64,000 nucleotides of DNA from a virus, in IMG/VR virus record IMGVR_UViG_3300033233_000004, positions 1 to 64,000 of that record. One strand, given 5' to 3'. Under the pieces are notes generated by a model, which was not told where the DNA came from, searched no databases, and saw nothing but the letters and a program-made list of their open reading frames with translations. The position numbers and the translations under genes are program-made. Numbering within the stretch: the stretch's first letter is position 1; every line of letters begins with the position of its first letter. Below are positions 28,457-38,543 of this stretch, one piece after another.

Positions 28457-28963
28457 TTAATGAATACCACGTGCTAATCTAATCGTAATATCTATACGCA
28501 AATTTTCTGGAACAGTCTTTAACCAGTTCAATAGTAAAGAAAAACTTGCTTCATCCAAAGAACCCTTCATATGATTACAAGGACGACAAATCACTTGTAA
28601 ATTGCCTATATTAGAAGCCCCCCTTTTTGATATTGGCATTATATGGTCGAATGTAGAATTTTTAAGTATCAAAAGTCTATTGCAATAACGGCATGGCATT
28701 CCATAATTATCATATAGAAGTTGTCGTAATTGTTCAATAGTAACGGTACATTCTACACCAGCTTTTCTTGACCGAGTAACCATTTGATTCTTAACAGAAT
28801 CAATACGCCGTAGAATATTATCAACCACGTTTTCTAAATTTCTACGATGCACGCTTTTTATTTTTTCCAAAAACTTAGTACGCCATTCAGTTCTTATACT
28901 CAATCGCTTCTCTTTTGCAGCACGTCTTTCTCGCCTATGTTTATTATATGCTACACGATTCAT
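28457..28963 (-). CDS. HNH endonuclease
   Basis: CRYC..TFDHIMPISKRG..NLQVICRPCNHMK. Confidence 0.88.
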   Translation of the reverse strand: MNRVAYNKHRRERRAAKEKRLSIRTEWRTKFLEKIKSVHRRNLENVVDNILRRIDSVKNQMVTRSRKAGVECTVTIEQLRQLLYDNYGMPCRYCNRLLILKNSTFDHIMPISKRGASNIGNLQVICRPCNHMKGSLDEASFSLLLNWLKTVPENLRIDITIRLARGIH

Positions 28964-28983
28964 AGAAATCCCTCACAAAGTTA

Positions 28984-29018
28984 TGAAGTGAGGGTACGTT
29001 TATTGTATCCTCACTTCA
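28984..29018. terminator. Stem-loop after the SSB-like gene
   Basis: tgaagtgagggtac / gtatcctcacttca 14-bp imperfect inverted repeat. Confidence 0.5.
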
Positions 29019-29027
29019 AATAAATTA

Positions 29028-29687
29028 CTAATTCACTTGGTCAGGAAAGTCTTCTACTTCACTACCCTCTGGTACGTCTCCTTCTACTACACCTTCTTCT
29101 TGTACTACAGGTTGTTGAATACGTGCTGTAGGACGTGCAGCAGGACGAGCCGTTGCTGGTGGTACAGCCGCCGTTGGTCTGGCAGCAGGACGTGCAATAC
29201 CACCTTGTACAGGTTGTCGAGTTGTTTGTGTAGGAGCAGATTGTGGCTGCACAGGAAGTCGCTGAACAGGCTTTGCTTTAACTGGTTGTTGACGAGCCTC
29301 AAAGTTCTTATACTCAGGTATAGTCAATTGACCAATGGAGTTATTATCATTACCACTCTTCTTGTTCTTAACAGTAATAACCTTACCAACAAACTTGTAA
29401 TTGATGATGGAATCGGTATCAAACTCCTGTCCAACTTCCACAACAACTCCAATATTGGCAAGGAACTTACTGAGATTGTTATTCTCAGTCAAGACATCGG
29501 CTGTGATAACACCGAACGTATCTTTACCAACAAACTCTTCTGGTAACGAGTCGAGAACTTGAATTGTCCAAAGATAGTAGTATGTTCCCGGTTGAGTTTT
29601 TTGCTCTTTTTGTTCATACTTAACAACCTTAAGATTATATACTCCCTCTGGAATTGGGACGAATTTTGTTTTGGTGAGAACTGGCAT
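29028..29687 (-). CDS. Putative single-stranded DNA-binding protein (DUF669-like)
   Basis: PIPEGVYNLKV N-terminus, Pro/Ala linker, acidic C-tail; replication context. Confidence 0.6.
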   Translation of the reverse strand: MPVLTKTKFVPIPEGVYNLKVVKYEQKEQKTQPGTYYYLWTIQVLDSLPEEFVGKDTFGVITADVLTENNNLSKFLANIGVVVEVGQEFDTDSIINYKFVGKVITVKNKKSGNDNNSIGQLTIPEYKNFEARQQPVKAKPVQRLPVQPQSAPTQTTRQPVQGGIARPAARPTAAVPPATARPAARPTARIQQPVVQEEGVVEGDVPEGSEVEDFPDQVN

Positions 29688-29773
29688 AGATTTACCTCTT
29701 TTGTGAAATGTGATTATGATAGACGGATACGGCTACGGTAGAGCACAAGTATCCCAAGTTAATTAAAATACTT

Positions 29774-29935
29774 TTACGTCGTCAAATATGCAAATTGCAA
29801 ATCTTTGTCCGGCACTACAAACATTGTAGTACTAACCCATTCAAATTTATCCTTTGTCCAAACAAGAAAATCTGATGCTGAATTACTATACCCGACCTCT
29901 TTGTTTGTTTTTTTATCTAATACAGTAAACAACAT
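29774..29935 (-). CDS. Small hypothetical protein (53 aa, not in ORF track)
   Basis: AAGGAG RBS; MLFTVLDKKTNKEVG... Confidence 0.5.
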   Translation of the reverse strand: MLFTVLDKKTNKEVGYSNSASDFLVWTKDKFEWVSTTMFVVPDKDLQFAYLTT

Positions 29936-29946
29936 AACGCTTCTCC

Positions 29947-30510
29947 TTATAATAATCCTTTGTAGGTAAGTAGTTCTGTTACTGTTATTTGGCGATTAAT
30001 ATTAAGATTGGCAGAATCAATAAGGTCTAATTTCTTGTCGAATACTTTTACCATAGTTTCCACCCAATCAGAAACAGCATTACAATAAGCGAGACAATCA
30101 AAGATATCTGGTCGTTGACTATACATTTTTGATTCTTGAAGTTCCTTATTCTTAAGATTCTTCACGTCATCAGATTGTGACAATTCGCTTTTAAGCTTAC
30201 GAACATATTTCTCAGCTACAGCAACGTAAGATTCCCAATTGGCTTTATCTGCTAAGGCTTTTACCATAATACCTACAATTTCATTTCGTTTCTCCTGAGC
30301 CATCTGTAATTTCTCATAGAAACTACTCAAGTTAATTGTCGGGTCAGCATCCAACTTCAATTCAATATCATCTAAAATATCTTCCCACTCTTCAAATTGC
30401 TCTCGTGTAATAATAGCAGCTTCAAAAATAGTAGAGTTGAATCCTTGAAATTCTTCTTCATTGAAAGACCGTACTTGAAACTGCGGTGCCTGTTTTACGA
30501 TAACAGTCAT
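29947..30510 (-). CDS. Helical protein, possibly a UvsY-like recombination mediator
   Basis: Coiled-coil protein coupled to recA. Confidence 0.45.
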   Translation of the reverse strand: MTVIVKQAPQFQVRSFNEEEFQGFNSTIFEAAIITREQFEEWEDILDDIELKLDADPTINLSSFYEKLQMAQEKRNEIVGIMVKALADKANWESYVAVAEKYVRKLKSELSQSDDVKNLKNKELQESKMYSQRPDIFDCLAYCNAVSDWVETMVKVFDKKLDLIDSANLNINRQITVTELLTYKGLL

Positions 30511-31634
30511 ACTACCACTGCGGCTTTAATTGCATTTTCAATTTTGGCTGCCACTTCAGAATGATTTTTCAAAAAAGTTACAACAGCGTCCTTGCCTTGC
30601 CCAATACGTTCTTCTTTATAGGCAAACCAAGAACCTGATTTCTCAATAATACCATATTGAACTCCTAAATCCGCAAGGTCGGAGAACCTATCAATACCAC
30701 GACCATAATAAATACTTACTTCCGTTTCTTTGAATGGTGGAGCAACCTTATTCTTCACAACTCTAATTCTGGTACGAGTACCGATAACATTAGTACCGTC
30801 TTTTAAAGCTTCAATACGACGAATATCCAAACGAACCGACGCATAAAACTTCAAAGCATTACCGCCAGTAGTCGTCTCTGGATTACTAAACATTACTCCA
30901 ATCTTCATTCGTAACTGATTAGTAAACACTACTGTTGTATTGCTCTTCGAAATAATATTAGTGAGTTTTCTCATTGCTTGAGACATTAACCTCGCTTGAA
31001 GACCCATTTGCGCATCGCCAAAATCTCCTTCAATTTCAGCACGTGGAGTCAATGCAGCTACAGAATCAATTACTACCAAATCCATGGCTCCTGAGCGAAT
31101 CAATTCCTCAGCTATACCCAAAGCATCTTCACCACATTCTGGTTGCGAAAGATAAAGCTCCTCAACATTGACACCCAATGCTTTCGCATACTTCATATCT
31201 AAGGCATTCTCAACATCAATGATAGCAACATTACCGCCGTTCTTATGTACAGAAGCTGCAAGATGTAAACAAAGGGTGGTTTTTCCAGCCATCTCCGGCC
31301 CAAATATCTCAACTACTCTTCCTCTTGGTACACCACCAACTCCAAGAGCAAGGTCTAAGGAAAGACAACCTGTAGAAATAACTGGTATGTCCTGAATAGG
31401 TTTGTCGCTCATCTTAACAACAGACCCTTTGCCAAAAGCTTTGTCAATATTATCAAGAGCTTGTTTGAGAGCAGTTGTTTTTTGTGGATTTTTATCATTT
31501 ATTTTTACTTCGAAATTTGAAAACGGCAATTCCGTAATAACTGATTTATCAACATCAATGTGACCAGTCAATAGTTGATTGTGTGCAGCAGCAGTTTTTA
31601 ATGAGGCTGTTGGTTGTTTAGTTAATTTTGGCAT
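30507..31634 (-). CDS. recA: RecA recombinase
   Basis: [46 protein letters not shown]. Confidence 0.97.
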   Translation of the reverse strand: MPKLTKQPTASLKTAAAHNQLLTGHIDVDKSVITELPFSNFEVKINDKNPQKTTALKQALDNIDKAFGKGSVVKMSDKPIQDIPVISTGCLSLDLALGVGGVPRGRVVEIFGPEMAGKTTLCLHLAASVHKNGGNVAIIDVENALDMKYAKALGVNVEELYLSQPECGEDALGIAEELIRSGAMDLVVIDSVAALTPRAEIEGDFGDAQMGLQARLMSQAMRKLTNIISKSNTTVVFTNQLRMKIGVMFSNPETTTGGNALKFYASVRLDIRRIEALKDGTNVIGTRTRIRVVKNKVAPPFKETEVSIYYGRGIDRFSDLADLGVQYGIIEKSGSWFAYKEERIGQGKDAVVTFLKNHSEVAAKIENAIKAAVVV

Positions 31635-31637
31635 AAA

Positions 31638-32426
31638 TTATCCTATAGTTAATGCTTGTTCAATCAAATGAGGCTTGCCCTCTCGAACAGCTTGGTCAGC
31701 ATCCTTCACGTCCTGTAATATAGCTATTCTCCAATTCAAATGCAAGTTTTTCATCAACTGAATTGTACGAATTGTCGCTTTTTTTCCAGCATCGTCGTTA
31801 TCAAACATAACCACAAAGTTATTGGTATATTGACTGAGCCTTAACAGATGTTTCTCCGTAAGAGCGGTTCCAGCACCAGCTACGGTTTTAGTGTATCCTT
31901 CTTGAAACATAGATAGTACATCCGCATTACCTTCTACCAATATCCATTGGTCAATAGTCTGATTGCACAATAATGCTTCTCGAAGACCATATACCAAGAT
32001 ACTCTTGTTGTATACCGCACAGTTATTCGTATTGATGTACTTATCTTGTACCTTCTCATCATGAAGAACACGACCACTAAATCCATGAACAGTACCGTCC
32101 ACTTCAGAGAAAGGAAACATCAAACGATTCTCGAATTTCACTATTACATCTTTATTCTCAAGAAGGAACCAGAACCCAATTTCCTGTAAAGATTCTTCTG
32201 TCCAACCACGAGATAAAGCAAAATCATACATTATCTGTCCATCAGGACAATAACCAACACGAAATAATTCCAACATTGCTTTTGAAAATCCACGCTTCTT
32301 TACATAAGCATCAAGCTCTCCATAAGCGTCTTCCATCATGAGTTGAAACTGAAAATACTCCATTAACTCCTGATTCAGAGCATATAATGGAGTTACATAT
32401 TGAAGAATATCAGTTTTTGTGTACAT
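31638..32426 (-). CDS. dnaG: DnaG-type primase catalytic/TOPRIM domain (no zinc-binding domain)
   Basis: FENRLMFP, GFSGR, KYIN, VEGNADV, FDNDDAG, KDAD. Confidence 0.9.
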   Translation of the reverse strand: MYTKTDILQYVTPLYALNQELMEYFQFQLMMEDAYGELDAYVKKRGFSKAMLELFRVGYCPDGQIMYDFALSRGWTEESLQEIGFWFLLENKDVIVKFENRLMFPFSEVDGTVHGFSGRVLHDEKVQDKYINTNNCAVYNKSILVYGLREALLCNQTIDQWILVEGNADVLSMFQEGYTKTVAGAGTALTEKHLLRLSQYTNNFVVMFDNDDAGKKATIRTIQLMKNLHLNWRIAILQDVKDADQAVREGKPHLIEQALTIG

Positions 32427-32429
32427 CTT

Positions 32430-33068
32430 TTAGTGACAATGTTCAGAAAACCATGTATCCAAATAATTAAGAATCATTTGATATTGTATTTTTAATCGTT
32501 TTGATTCAGCTTCGATAGAAAAATCAGTATCCCCAAAAAAGTTTATCCATGTATTATGATTTGGTTTATCAAAGTTATATAGCTGCCCGAAACACAATGC
32601 ATCTCCACCTGCTGCTACTTGATTATCCAAATTATGAGGAGCATCATCAATTAAAATTGTATGCTCAAATCGACCTTTTCCAATTAAACCTTTATTCTCA
32701 GAAAATACAATAGGAAGATTAGTATGCGTCGGTATGTGTGTTTGTATCCACTGAATAGTTGGAAACATAGTATTAGGGAATTGTGTCGTTACAAGCCATA
32801 CATTTGGACAACGAGCAAGAAGAAGTTCCACAAATTCAATGGCTCCTGCATAAGGCTTCGCAGTTAAGTAAATCTCATTTGGAGCTTCATTCTTAAAAAA
32901 TCCACTAATATCCACAGCATCGGGAAAAGATACGCTTACTTTAAAATCTGTAAATGGATAAATAACTCGACCAGAATATCGCTTTTTATAAGACGTTATA
33001 AGCGATTGATTCCAATCTCGAATAACACCATCCAAATCCAATTTGATAAGAACATCTTGTGCCTTCAT
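32430..33068 (-). CDS. HAD-family 5'(3')-deoxyribonucleotidase
   Basis: DLDGV, PYAGA, K, LIDDAPHN. Confidence 0.85.
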   Translation of the reverse strand: MKAQDVLIKLDLDGVIRDWNQSLITSYKKRYSGRVIYPFTDFKVSVSFPDAVDISGFFKNEAPNEIYLTAKPYAGAIEFVELLLARCPNVWLVTTQFPNTMFPTIQWIQTHIPTHTNLPIVFSENKGLIGKGRFEHTILIDDAPHNLDNQVAAGGDALCFGQLYNFDKPNHNTWINFFGDTDFSIEAESKRLKIQYQMILNYLDTWFSEHCH

Positions 33069-34249
33069 TCGTCATTCTTTTCTGTCTTGAGCAAATAATT
33101 GGGATTCACATACTTGAATTTTAACCGTCCAAGTTTTCCAACAAATTTCTCTTGCGCAGAGACAAACACTAATCCTTCGATCAAATGTCCATTTGGATAT
33201 TTCATGTTGTACAAAAATGAAAAGTCTGGTGGGTTACCAATTAATTCAGACAAAGGAATAGTCTTCCAGATAATAGGTACTGTAAGAATATCATACTCCT
33301 CAGCCAGTTGTATCATCTGCGTGTAGTCTAAGTAACCCTCAAAACCTTCCTTAGTTACATAAATGTCGAACAAGTAAGGAACCTGTCCCTTGAGACCAAC
33401 ACGGTTCTTCTGAATACCTTCACCAGCTAACTCAAATTGTAAAGCTACACGTTGATAACCAAACCTTGTGGCTATCCTTTCAGCTTTCTGTAGAAGATTA
33501 GCAGTACCTTCTATATTTTCTGTGGCGGCTTTCCAATATACATCCATAGCAAACCCATATTTCGTTGCAATAGATGCAAAGGGGTCTTGTTCAGGTGGTT
33601 TGAGTTCCTGATTACGAGAGCAAACACCAAACTCGTCACCTTCTCGAAGTCTATCATAGAAGACGGTCATAGATGTACCATCAATCTTAATAGATACAGA
33701 AAAAAGGTCGTTCAAATATGGTTCAATTGTTCGATTGACATTCTGATATCGCTCGGCATCCGTCTTCGGGCACCACGATGGATAACTACCCTTGGCATTA
33801 GCAGAAAATATAGCTTCCTGCGGTGGTTCATACTTGACTACACCAAAATATGTTGATACATCTGTGTCCATGTAAGGATTTACTGGACGTTGAACCAGAA
33901 GGTCAAACGGTACATCAATCACCAATCCCTGACTCAATTCAGAGCGCAAACGGACTGTCTTAATACGTGCAAGAGGGTGGGTTTCATATACAGACGTGCC
34001 TTCTATTGTACGAGCAACTTCTACTTGACGCATCTTAGCATTCTTCATCAAGAAAGAGAATTCTGGTCTTGTACAATCTACGAGAGAATCAATGGGAATA
34101 TACACTACCTTGTCGCCAACCTTACGCTTGCCACGTACATCTTGACAAACCCATCCAATCTCTTCAAAGGTGAGAATGTCAAGATTGTCAGAATTCGTGT
34201 TTGGTGTAACAGTCTTTACGGTGACTATTGGACACGAGAATGTAGACAT
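33065..34249 (-). CDS. RNA ligase (Rnl2/DRB0094 family)
   Basis: Start corrected to MSTFSC; N-terminal OB-like domain, KTDAER, KIDGTS, CSRN, ELAGEGIQKN, EGLVF, KFK. Confidence 0.88.
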   Translation of the reverse strand: MSTFSCPIVTVKTVTPNTNSDNLDILTFEEIGWVCQDVRGKRKVGDKVVYIPIDSLVDCTRPEFSFLMKNAKMRQVEVARTIEGTSVYETHPLARIKTVRLRSELSQGLVIDVPFDLLVQRPVNPYMDTDVSTYFGVVKYEPPQEAIFSANAKGSYPSWCPKTDAERYQNVNRTIEPYLNDLFSVSIKIDGTSMTVFYDRLREGDEFGVCSRNQELKPPEQDPFASIATKYGFAMDVYWKAATENIEGTANLLQKAERIATRFGYQRVALQFELAGEGIQKNRVGLKGQVPYLFDIYVTKEGFEGYLDYTQMIQLAEEYDILTVPIIWKTIPLSELIGNPPDFSFLYNMKYPNGHLIEGLVFVSAQEKFVGKLGRLKFKYVNPNYLLKTEKNDE

Positions 34250-34250
34250 T

Positions 34251-34823
34251 TTAGTTTCCTTTCGCTTCACTATCACTAATACTACGAGACCTACCATCAG
34301 TACCAATAACAACAGCCGTAACATTTGGGTCTTTGGTCTGTTTTCTCAAAGCGACAACACTTGTTTTCATAAAGTTATCGAAAGCATCGGGATTAAATTT
34401 TCTTGGCGGAAGGGTAGATGTATCTATTTCTTCTTCCGATACTTCAACACATTCGATAATTTCTCCTTCTGAATTTAATACTCCAAAAGGTACTTTCAAT
34501 ACTACTCTTCCATTATTTTTGGAATACCATTCAATATAAAGTAACGCTTCTTCATAATCAAGAACAATGGGGCCAACTTCTCCAACTTGCTCTATACTCA
34601 TAACATTCATAATATCTGGTGGAAGTGCATCGTCATGATTATCATTCCAAAAACGAACATTCCTGCCCCGAAGCTCATCATCAAGAAAGTCACCTTCCAA
34701 TTCGATACTACAATGAAGTGGAGATTCATTTTCTCGATAGAAGTCCACCCAACCAGTCACTTTACCAGCAACTTCGTTGGTAAGTACACCTTCAATAAGA
34801 TTAGAATACGGTCGCCACGCCAT
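34251..34823 (-). CDS. Hypothetical protein
   Basis: 190 aa, downstream of a sigma70-type promoter. Confidence 0.7.
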   Translation of the reverse strand: MAWRPYSNLIEGVLTNEVAGKVTGWVDFYRENESPLHCSIELEGDFLDDELRGRNVRFWNDNHDDALPPDIMNVMSIEQVGEVGPIVLDYEEALLYIEWYSKNNGRVVLKVPFGVLNSEGEIIECVEVSEEEIDTSTLPPRKFNPDAFDNFMKTSVVALRKQTKDPNVTAVVIGTDGRSRSISDSEAKGN

Positions 34824-34848
34824 GTACAGTTTCTCCTATACAAAATAC

Positions 34849-34877
34849 AATATACACATTATTTTGAAGAAAGTCAA
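34849..34877 (-). promoter_or_regulatory. Sigma70-type promoter
   Basis: TTGACT-17 nt-TATATT followed by TTTTGTATA, as at 21348-21376. Confidence 0.7.
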
Positions 34878-37111
34878 GTTGTTTGTTGTATTATTTCCAA
34901 GGATGCCAAATTTGGATTGTGGTCTTTATCAAATGATACTTCCTCTAATTTTCCCCAAACTTTACCTACTTTAATTTCACAGTTTAATGCTACATGTACT
35001 TGTCCAGTATCACGAAGCATCTCTGTATGTATCAAACGCAACATAATCTCCAATTCGCTTGGTTTTACATTATATATAAGGCTATCGTAAACCGTAAGAA
35101 CCATACGAGACTTAAGCTTTAACCTCTTCATTTCTTTGTGAATACGGTTAGCAGCTAAGAAGTTAGTATCACTGGCTCCGCTCTGTATCGGGCTGTTTAC
35201 CGACTGTCTATCTGCTTTTGCTCGTAACCCCATAATACGCTGTCGTTCTTCATCAACCCATTCTTTAGTCAGTACTTGATCATCTGAAATAACAACACCT
35301 CGACCAATATCAATCAACTGATTCTCATAAGCATTCTTGACTTCTTCCAACTGCCTCTGCGCATTAAGAAGAATAGGCAAACGGCGTTTACGACCATAGA
35401 GATTAACAACATATCCAACTTTAGCAGCCTCACGCTTAGTAGTATTCAACCAATCTTCAGCCGTAGGATACCTATTAAAGAACAAACGTATGATATTTCG
35501 AGCTTTCTGTACACTGATACCTAATTCCGCAGCAATAGACCGTGGCCCTCGACCATACATCATACCAAATACAATAGTTTTTGCAACATCACGTTCTTCT
35601 TTAGTAACATTTTTTGTCCATTCAATAAACTGGTCATGTGTAATCTCTCCAACAGGAATTATCAAGCCCTTACCCATGGCGGCAGTAATCTTATGAATGT
35701 CCAAACCAGCATTTATATCGGCAACCATCTGATGGTCTTGACTATGATGCGCCCATATCCTGAATTCGATCTGAGAATAGTCAGCCTCTACAAGATAATC
35801 ACCCGCATCAGCAACAAATTGATACTTGAGTTCCTTCTTCTTACGCGGGATGTTATTCAAGTTGGGCTGCATAGATGAGGGTCTACCAGTTACCGTTCGA
35901 TGTAGAGGGTAATTTGAACGGATACGACCGTCTGGACAGACAAACGAACGCAAACCTTCAATAAACGTACCATTTAAGAACATCAATTGACGATAGTCCT
36001 GAATCTGCTTGGCAACAGGTAACGTCTTGGCATATTCTTCCAATACCTCAGCCGTCATAGAAACATTAAATTGCCCTGTCTTTTTGTTCTTCTTCTTTCC
36101 CCAAGCAATAGGTTCTTTCTTAAATTCTCCAATAATCAATTGAGTCAATTGCTTAGTAGATAGTTTGAATTCCCATCCCGCTCTTTCTCTATCCAAATAT
36201 TCAGTCAACGTATACTTCTTACGAAATATTTTTGATTTACCATATTTATCAATGAACTTTTGCTTACTCCTTGAAATCACATTTTGTATTTCTGGAACTT
36301 CAAGAATCTCTTTCCACGCTTTTTCCATTTTTTGAGCATACTCTTTGCGAAGCTTATCATTCTGTCCCTTGTCAAGAGTTACACCACAGTATTCAACCTC
36401 AGCCAAAATCTTTTGCGTAGGCATTTGAATGTTGAACAATACCCAATCTAATTTCTCTTCATAAATCTTCGGCAGCATAGCTCGATGACAACGCAACGTA
36501 ACATCAGCATCTTGACAACTATACGTATGAATCAATGCTGACGGTATGTTCATATAACTCCCATACCCAATAATCTTGTCACCATCATCAAGCGCAGTAT
36601 CTTTGTTTTTCCAAGTATTGTCTTCCAATTGCGCTTTCGAAGGGTCACACTCAGGGTGTTCGTCAATGTATTTATCGAAATTATCCGCATATCCTTTCAT
36701 TGTTGTGTATCTATCTGCTAACTGTCCTAAACCATGGGGTCTATTTTCATCAAGCAAATGATCTTCAAGCATTGTATCAACAAACCAATTATGAACAGCA
36801 ATTTTTTTCTTCCAAAGAAACTTGATATCATACGTACCATTCTGCGTAATCTTACGTGATTTGTTCTGGAAGATATTACGCAACCGATCCCAAATCTCTA
36901 TCTGGTCATCTTCACTGAATTCACGGAAGTCAATACATGCACCAACACCTTCCTTCCAAGAAAAAGAAATAATGAAGATATACCCACTCATAAAGGTACC
37001 ATGTGTTTCAGTATCAAATGCAAATTCAGAAGACTGATTAAGTCTATCTATAAGCCAACCCACTTGCAGCATAGTCTTACATACATATGCTTGTGTAATT
37101 AATTCAGCCAT
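34874..37111 (-). CDS. polA: Family A DNA polymerase with 3'-5' exonuclease
   Basis: FDTET, QNGTYD, YSCQDAD (exonuclease); TGRPSS, DYSQIE, KTIVFGMMYG, NSPIQS, VYDS. Confidence 0.95.
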   Translation of the reverse strand: MAELITQAYVCKTMLQVGWLIDRLNQSSEFAFDTETHGTFMSGYIFIISFSWKEGVGACIDFREFSEDDQIEIWDRLRNIFQNKSRKITQNGTYDIKFLWKKKIAVHNWFVDTMLEDHLLDENRPHGLGQLADRYTTMKGYADNFDKYIDEHPECDPSKAQLEDNTWKNKDTALDDGDKIIGYGSYMNIPSALIHTYSCQDADVTLRCHRAMLPKIYEEKLDWVLFNIQMPTQKILAEVEYCGVTLDKGQNDKLRKEYAQKMEKAWKEILEVPEIQNVISRSKQKFIDKYGKSKIFRKKYTLTEYLDRERAGWEFKLSTKQLTQLIIGEFKKEPIAWGKKKNKKTGQFNVSMTAEVLEEYAKTLPVAKQIQDYRQLMFLNGTFIEGLRSFVCPDGRIRSNYPLHRTVTGRPSSMQPNLNNIPRKKKELKYQFVADAGDYLVEADYSQIEFRIWAHHSQDHQMVADINAGLDIHKITAAMGKGLIIPVGEITHDQFIEWTKNVTKEERDVAKTIVFGMMYGRGPRSIAAELGISVQKARNIIRLFFNRYPTAEDWLNTTKREAAKVGYVVNLYGRKRRLPILLNAQRQLEEVKNAYENQLIDIGRGVVISDDQVLTKEWVDEERQRIMGLRAKADRQSVNSPIQSGASDTNFLAANRIHKEMKRLKLKSRMVLTVYDSLIYNVKPSELEIMLRLIHTEMLRDTGQVHVALNCEIKVGKVWGKLEEVSFDKDHNPNLASLEIIQQTT

Positions 37112-37260
37112 GCCCAATTCCGTCCTGCCAAAATATCTCGAATAGCACTACGAGAAACCCCATACACTTTTGTAAGTTTACGTTGGCTCAATGTGGATTT
37201 TCTAATCTTAAAGATGTTGACATCGGTTAATATGGATCGACCATGTTGTATAATGGAATC
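37099..37260 (-). pseudogene. Remnant C-terminal HTH of an HNH homing endonuclease
   Basis: Startless frame HGRSILTDVNIFKIRKSTLSQRKLTKVYGVSRSAIRDILAGRNWAWLN*. Confidence 0.55.
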
Positions 37261-37535
37261 TCAGCCTCTACTATAGGAATTATGTTCTCAATAAAATCCA
37301 ACACATCCTTTAAACAGGAAATATTAAAAACACAGTTTGGTTGAGAACTAAATACATATTGCTTCCAAGGCTTATACCAAGAAAGAATACCTATTTGATT
37401 CTTACTTTTATTATTGATGATTCGATAAACAGGCTTTCCTTCAAACTTTTCGTCTACATACAACATCGCAATATATTTGTAAGTCTTAACACTATTTTTA
37501 TGATGAGATTTCATATTAATCCTCCTTCTTTGCAT
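37227..37535 (-). CDS. Hypothetical protein
   Basis: IGILSWYKPWKQYVF, typical of small phage ORFs. Confidence 0.6.
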   Translation of the reverse strand: MQRRRINMKSHHKNSVKTYKYIAMLYVDEKFEGKPVYRIINNKSKNQIGILSWYKPWKQYVFSSQPNCVFNISCLKDVLDFIENIIPIVEAEIPLYNMVDPY

Positions 37536-37729
37536 TTACCTATAGTAAGGCCAAGTTCAAATAAATCCTCGGCTTCAGACTTAGTAAGTTGTTCTAAACT
37601 ATCACAATGTTCATTCCAAAATTTTTCAAATACCTCTCTCTCTTTATTTGTCATAGAACACCCCTCTATTAAACTCAACAGCCTTAAACTTTTTGATTTC
37701 ATATGTATCCAACATAGCTTGAGCCTCAT
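37511..37729 (-). CDS. Small hypothetical protein (start probably ~37654)
   Basis: Short coupled ORF. Confidence 0.4.
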   Translation of the reverse strand: MRLKLCWIHMKSKSLRLLSLIEGCSMTNKEREVFEKFWNEHCDSLEQLTKSEAEDLFELGLTIGKCKEGGLI

Positions 37730-38543
37730 TCATATTTTTTGCTATCTCTACAGAACATAATTCCACAGCACTACATCTCAAATCTACCAACTTCTTATTC
37801 AATAGAATCTGGTCTTTGAATTCATTAAACAACATTCGTTGTCTTTCTGGTAAATAAGCTTTATCAAGATTACCAAGAATGGTTTCAACCGAACCGTTGT
37901 TCGCAACAATCTTAGCTGCGGTCTTCAAACCAATAGAAGGAACTCCAACAATACCATCGCCTTCTTCACCAGCAATAGCATAGATATCAGGTAATTGGTC
38001 TGGTGGTACCCCATATTTCTCCAAAACAGTTTGTGGTGTGTAAATACCATCAGGCTTCTTTTTTGTACCCGGTACAACGCACGTTACTTGATCGCAAACC
38101 AATTGATGGAAGTCGTGGTCACCCGATAAAACAATGATATTCTGATAGTGCTTCTTATAAAAATTCACAAGAGTTGCTATAACATCATCTGCTTCCCACC
38201 CTTGGTCATTATAATATTGTTCCCAACCCATGCGAGAAAAGAAATACTGTATGTCTTTGAATTGAGACTTGAAATTCGGTTGACGAGGACGATTCGATTT
38301 ATACTCAGTACTCATTTCCTTTCGCTTCTTACCTGATCCCTCAGCACCCCATGTAAGAACAATAGATTTCGGAGCTATTTTTGTTAATTGTGTATGTATC
38401 ATCGCCAAAACACCATACACCACACCCGAAGACAGCCCTGTAGATGTACACAATTCTTGATGCACATGAAAAGCTCGGTGACACATATGGTCTGTGTCAA
38501 TCAGTAATACATCAGGAGCTTGCTTTTGTATTAACACTGGCAT
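37644..38543 (-). CDS. 5'-3' exonuclease / flap endonuclease
   Basis: LLID, YKSNR, EADDVIAT, SGDHDFHQL, GVPSIGLKTA. Confidence 0.92.
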   Translation of the reverse strand: MPVLIQKQAPDVLLIDTDHMCHRAFHVHQELCTSTGLSSGVVYGVLAMIHTQLTKIAPKSIVLTWGAEGSGKKRKEMSTEYKSNRPRQPNFKSQFKDIQYFFSRMGWEQYYNDQGWEADDVIATLVNFYKKHYQNIIVLSGDHDFHQLVCDQVTCVVPGTKKKPDGIYTPQTVLEKYGVPPDQLPDIYAIAGEEGDGIVGVPSIGLKTAAKIVANNGSVETILGNLDKAYLPERQRMLFNEFKDQILLNKKLVDLRCSAVELCSVEIAKNMNEAQAMLDTYEIKKFKAVEFNRGVFYDK

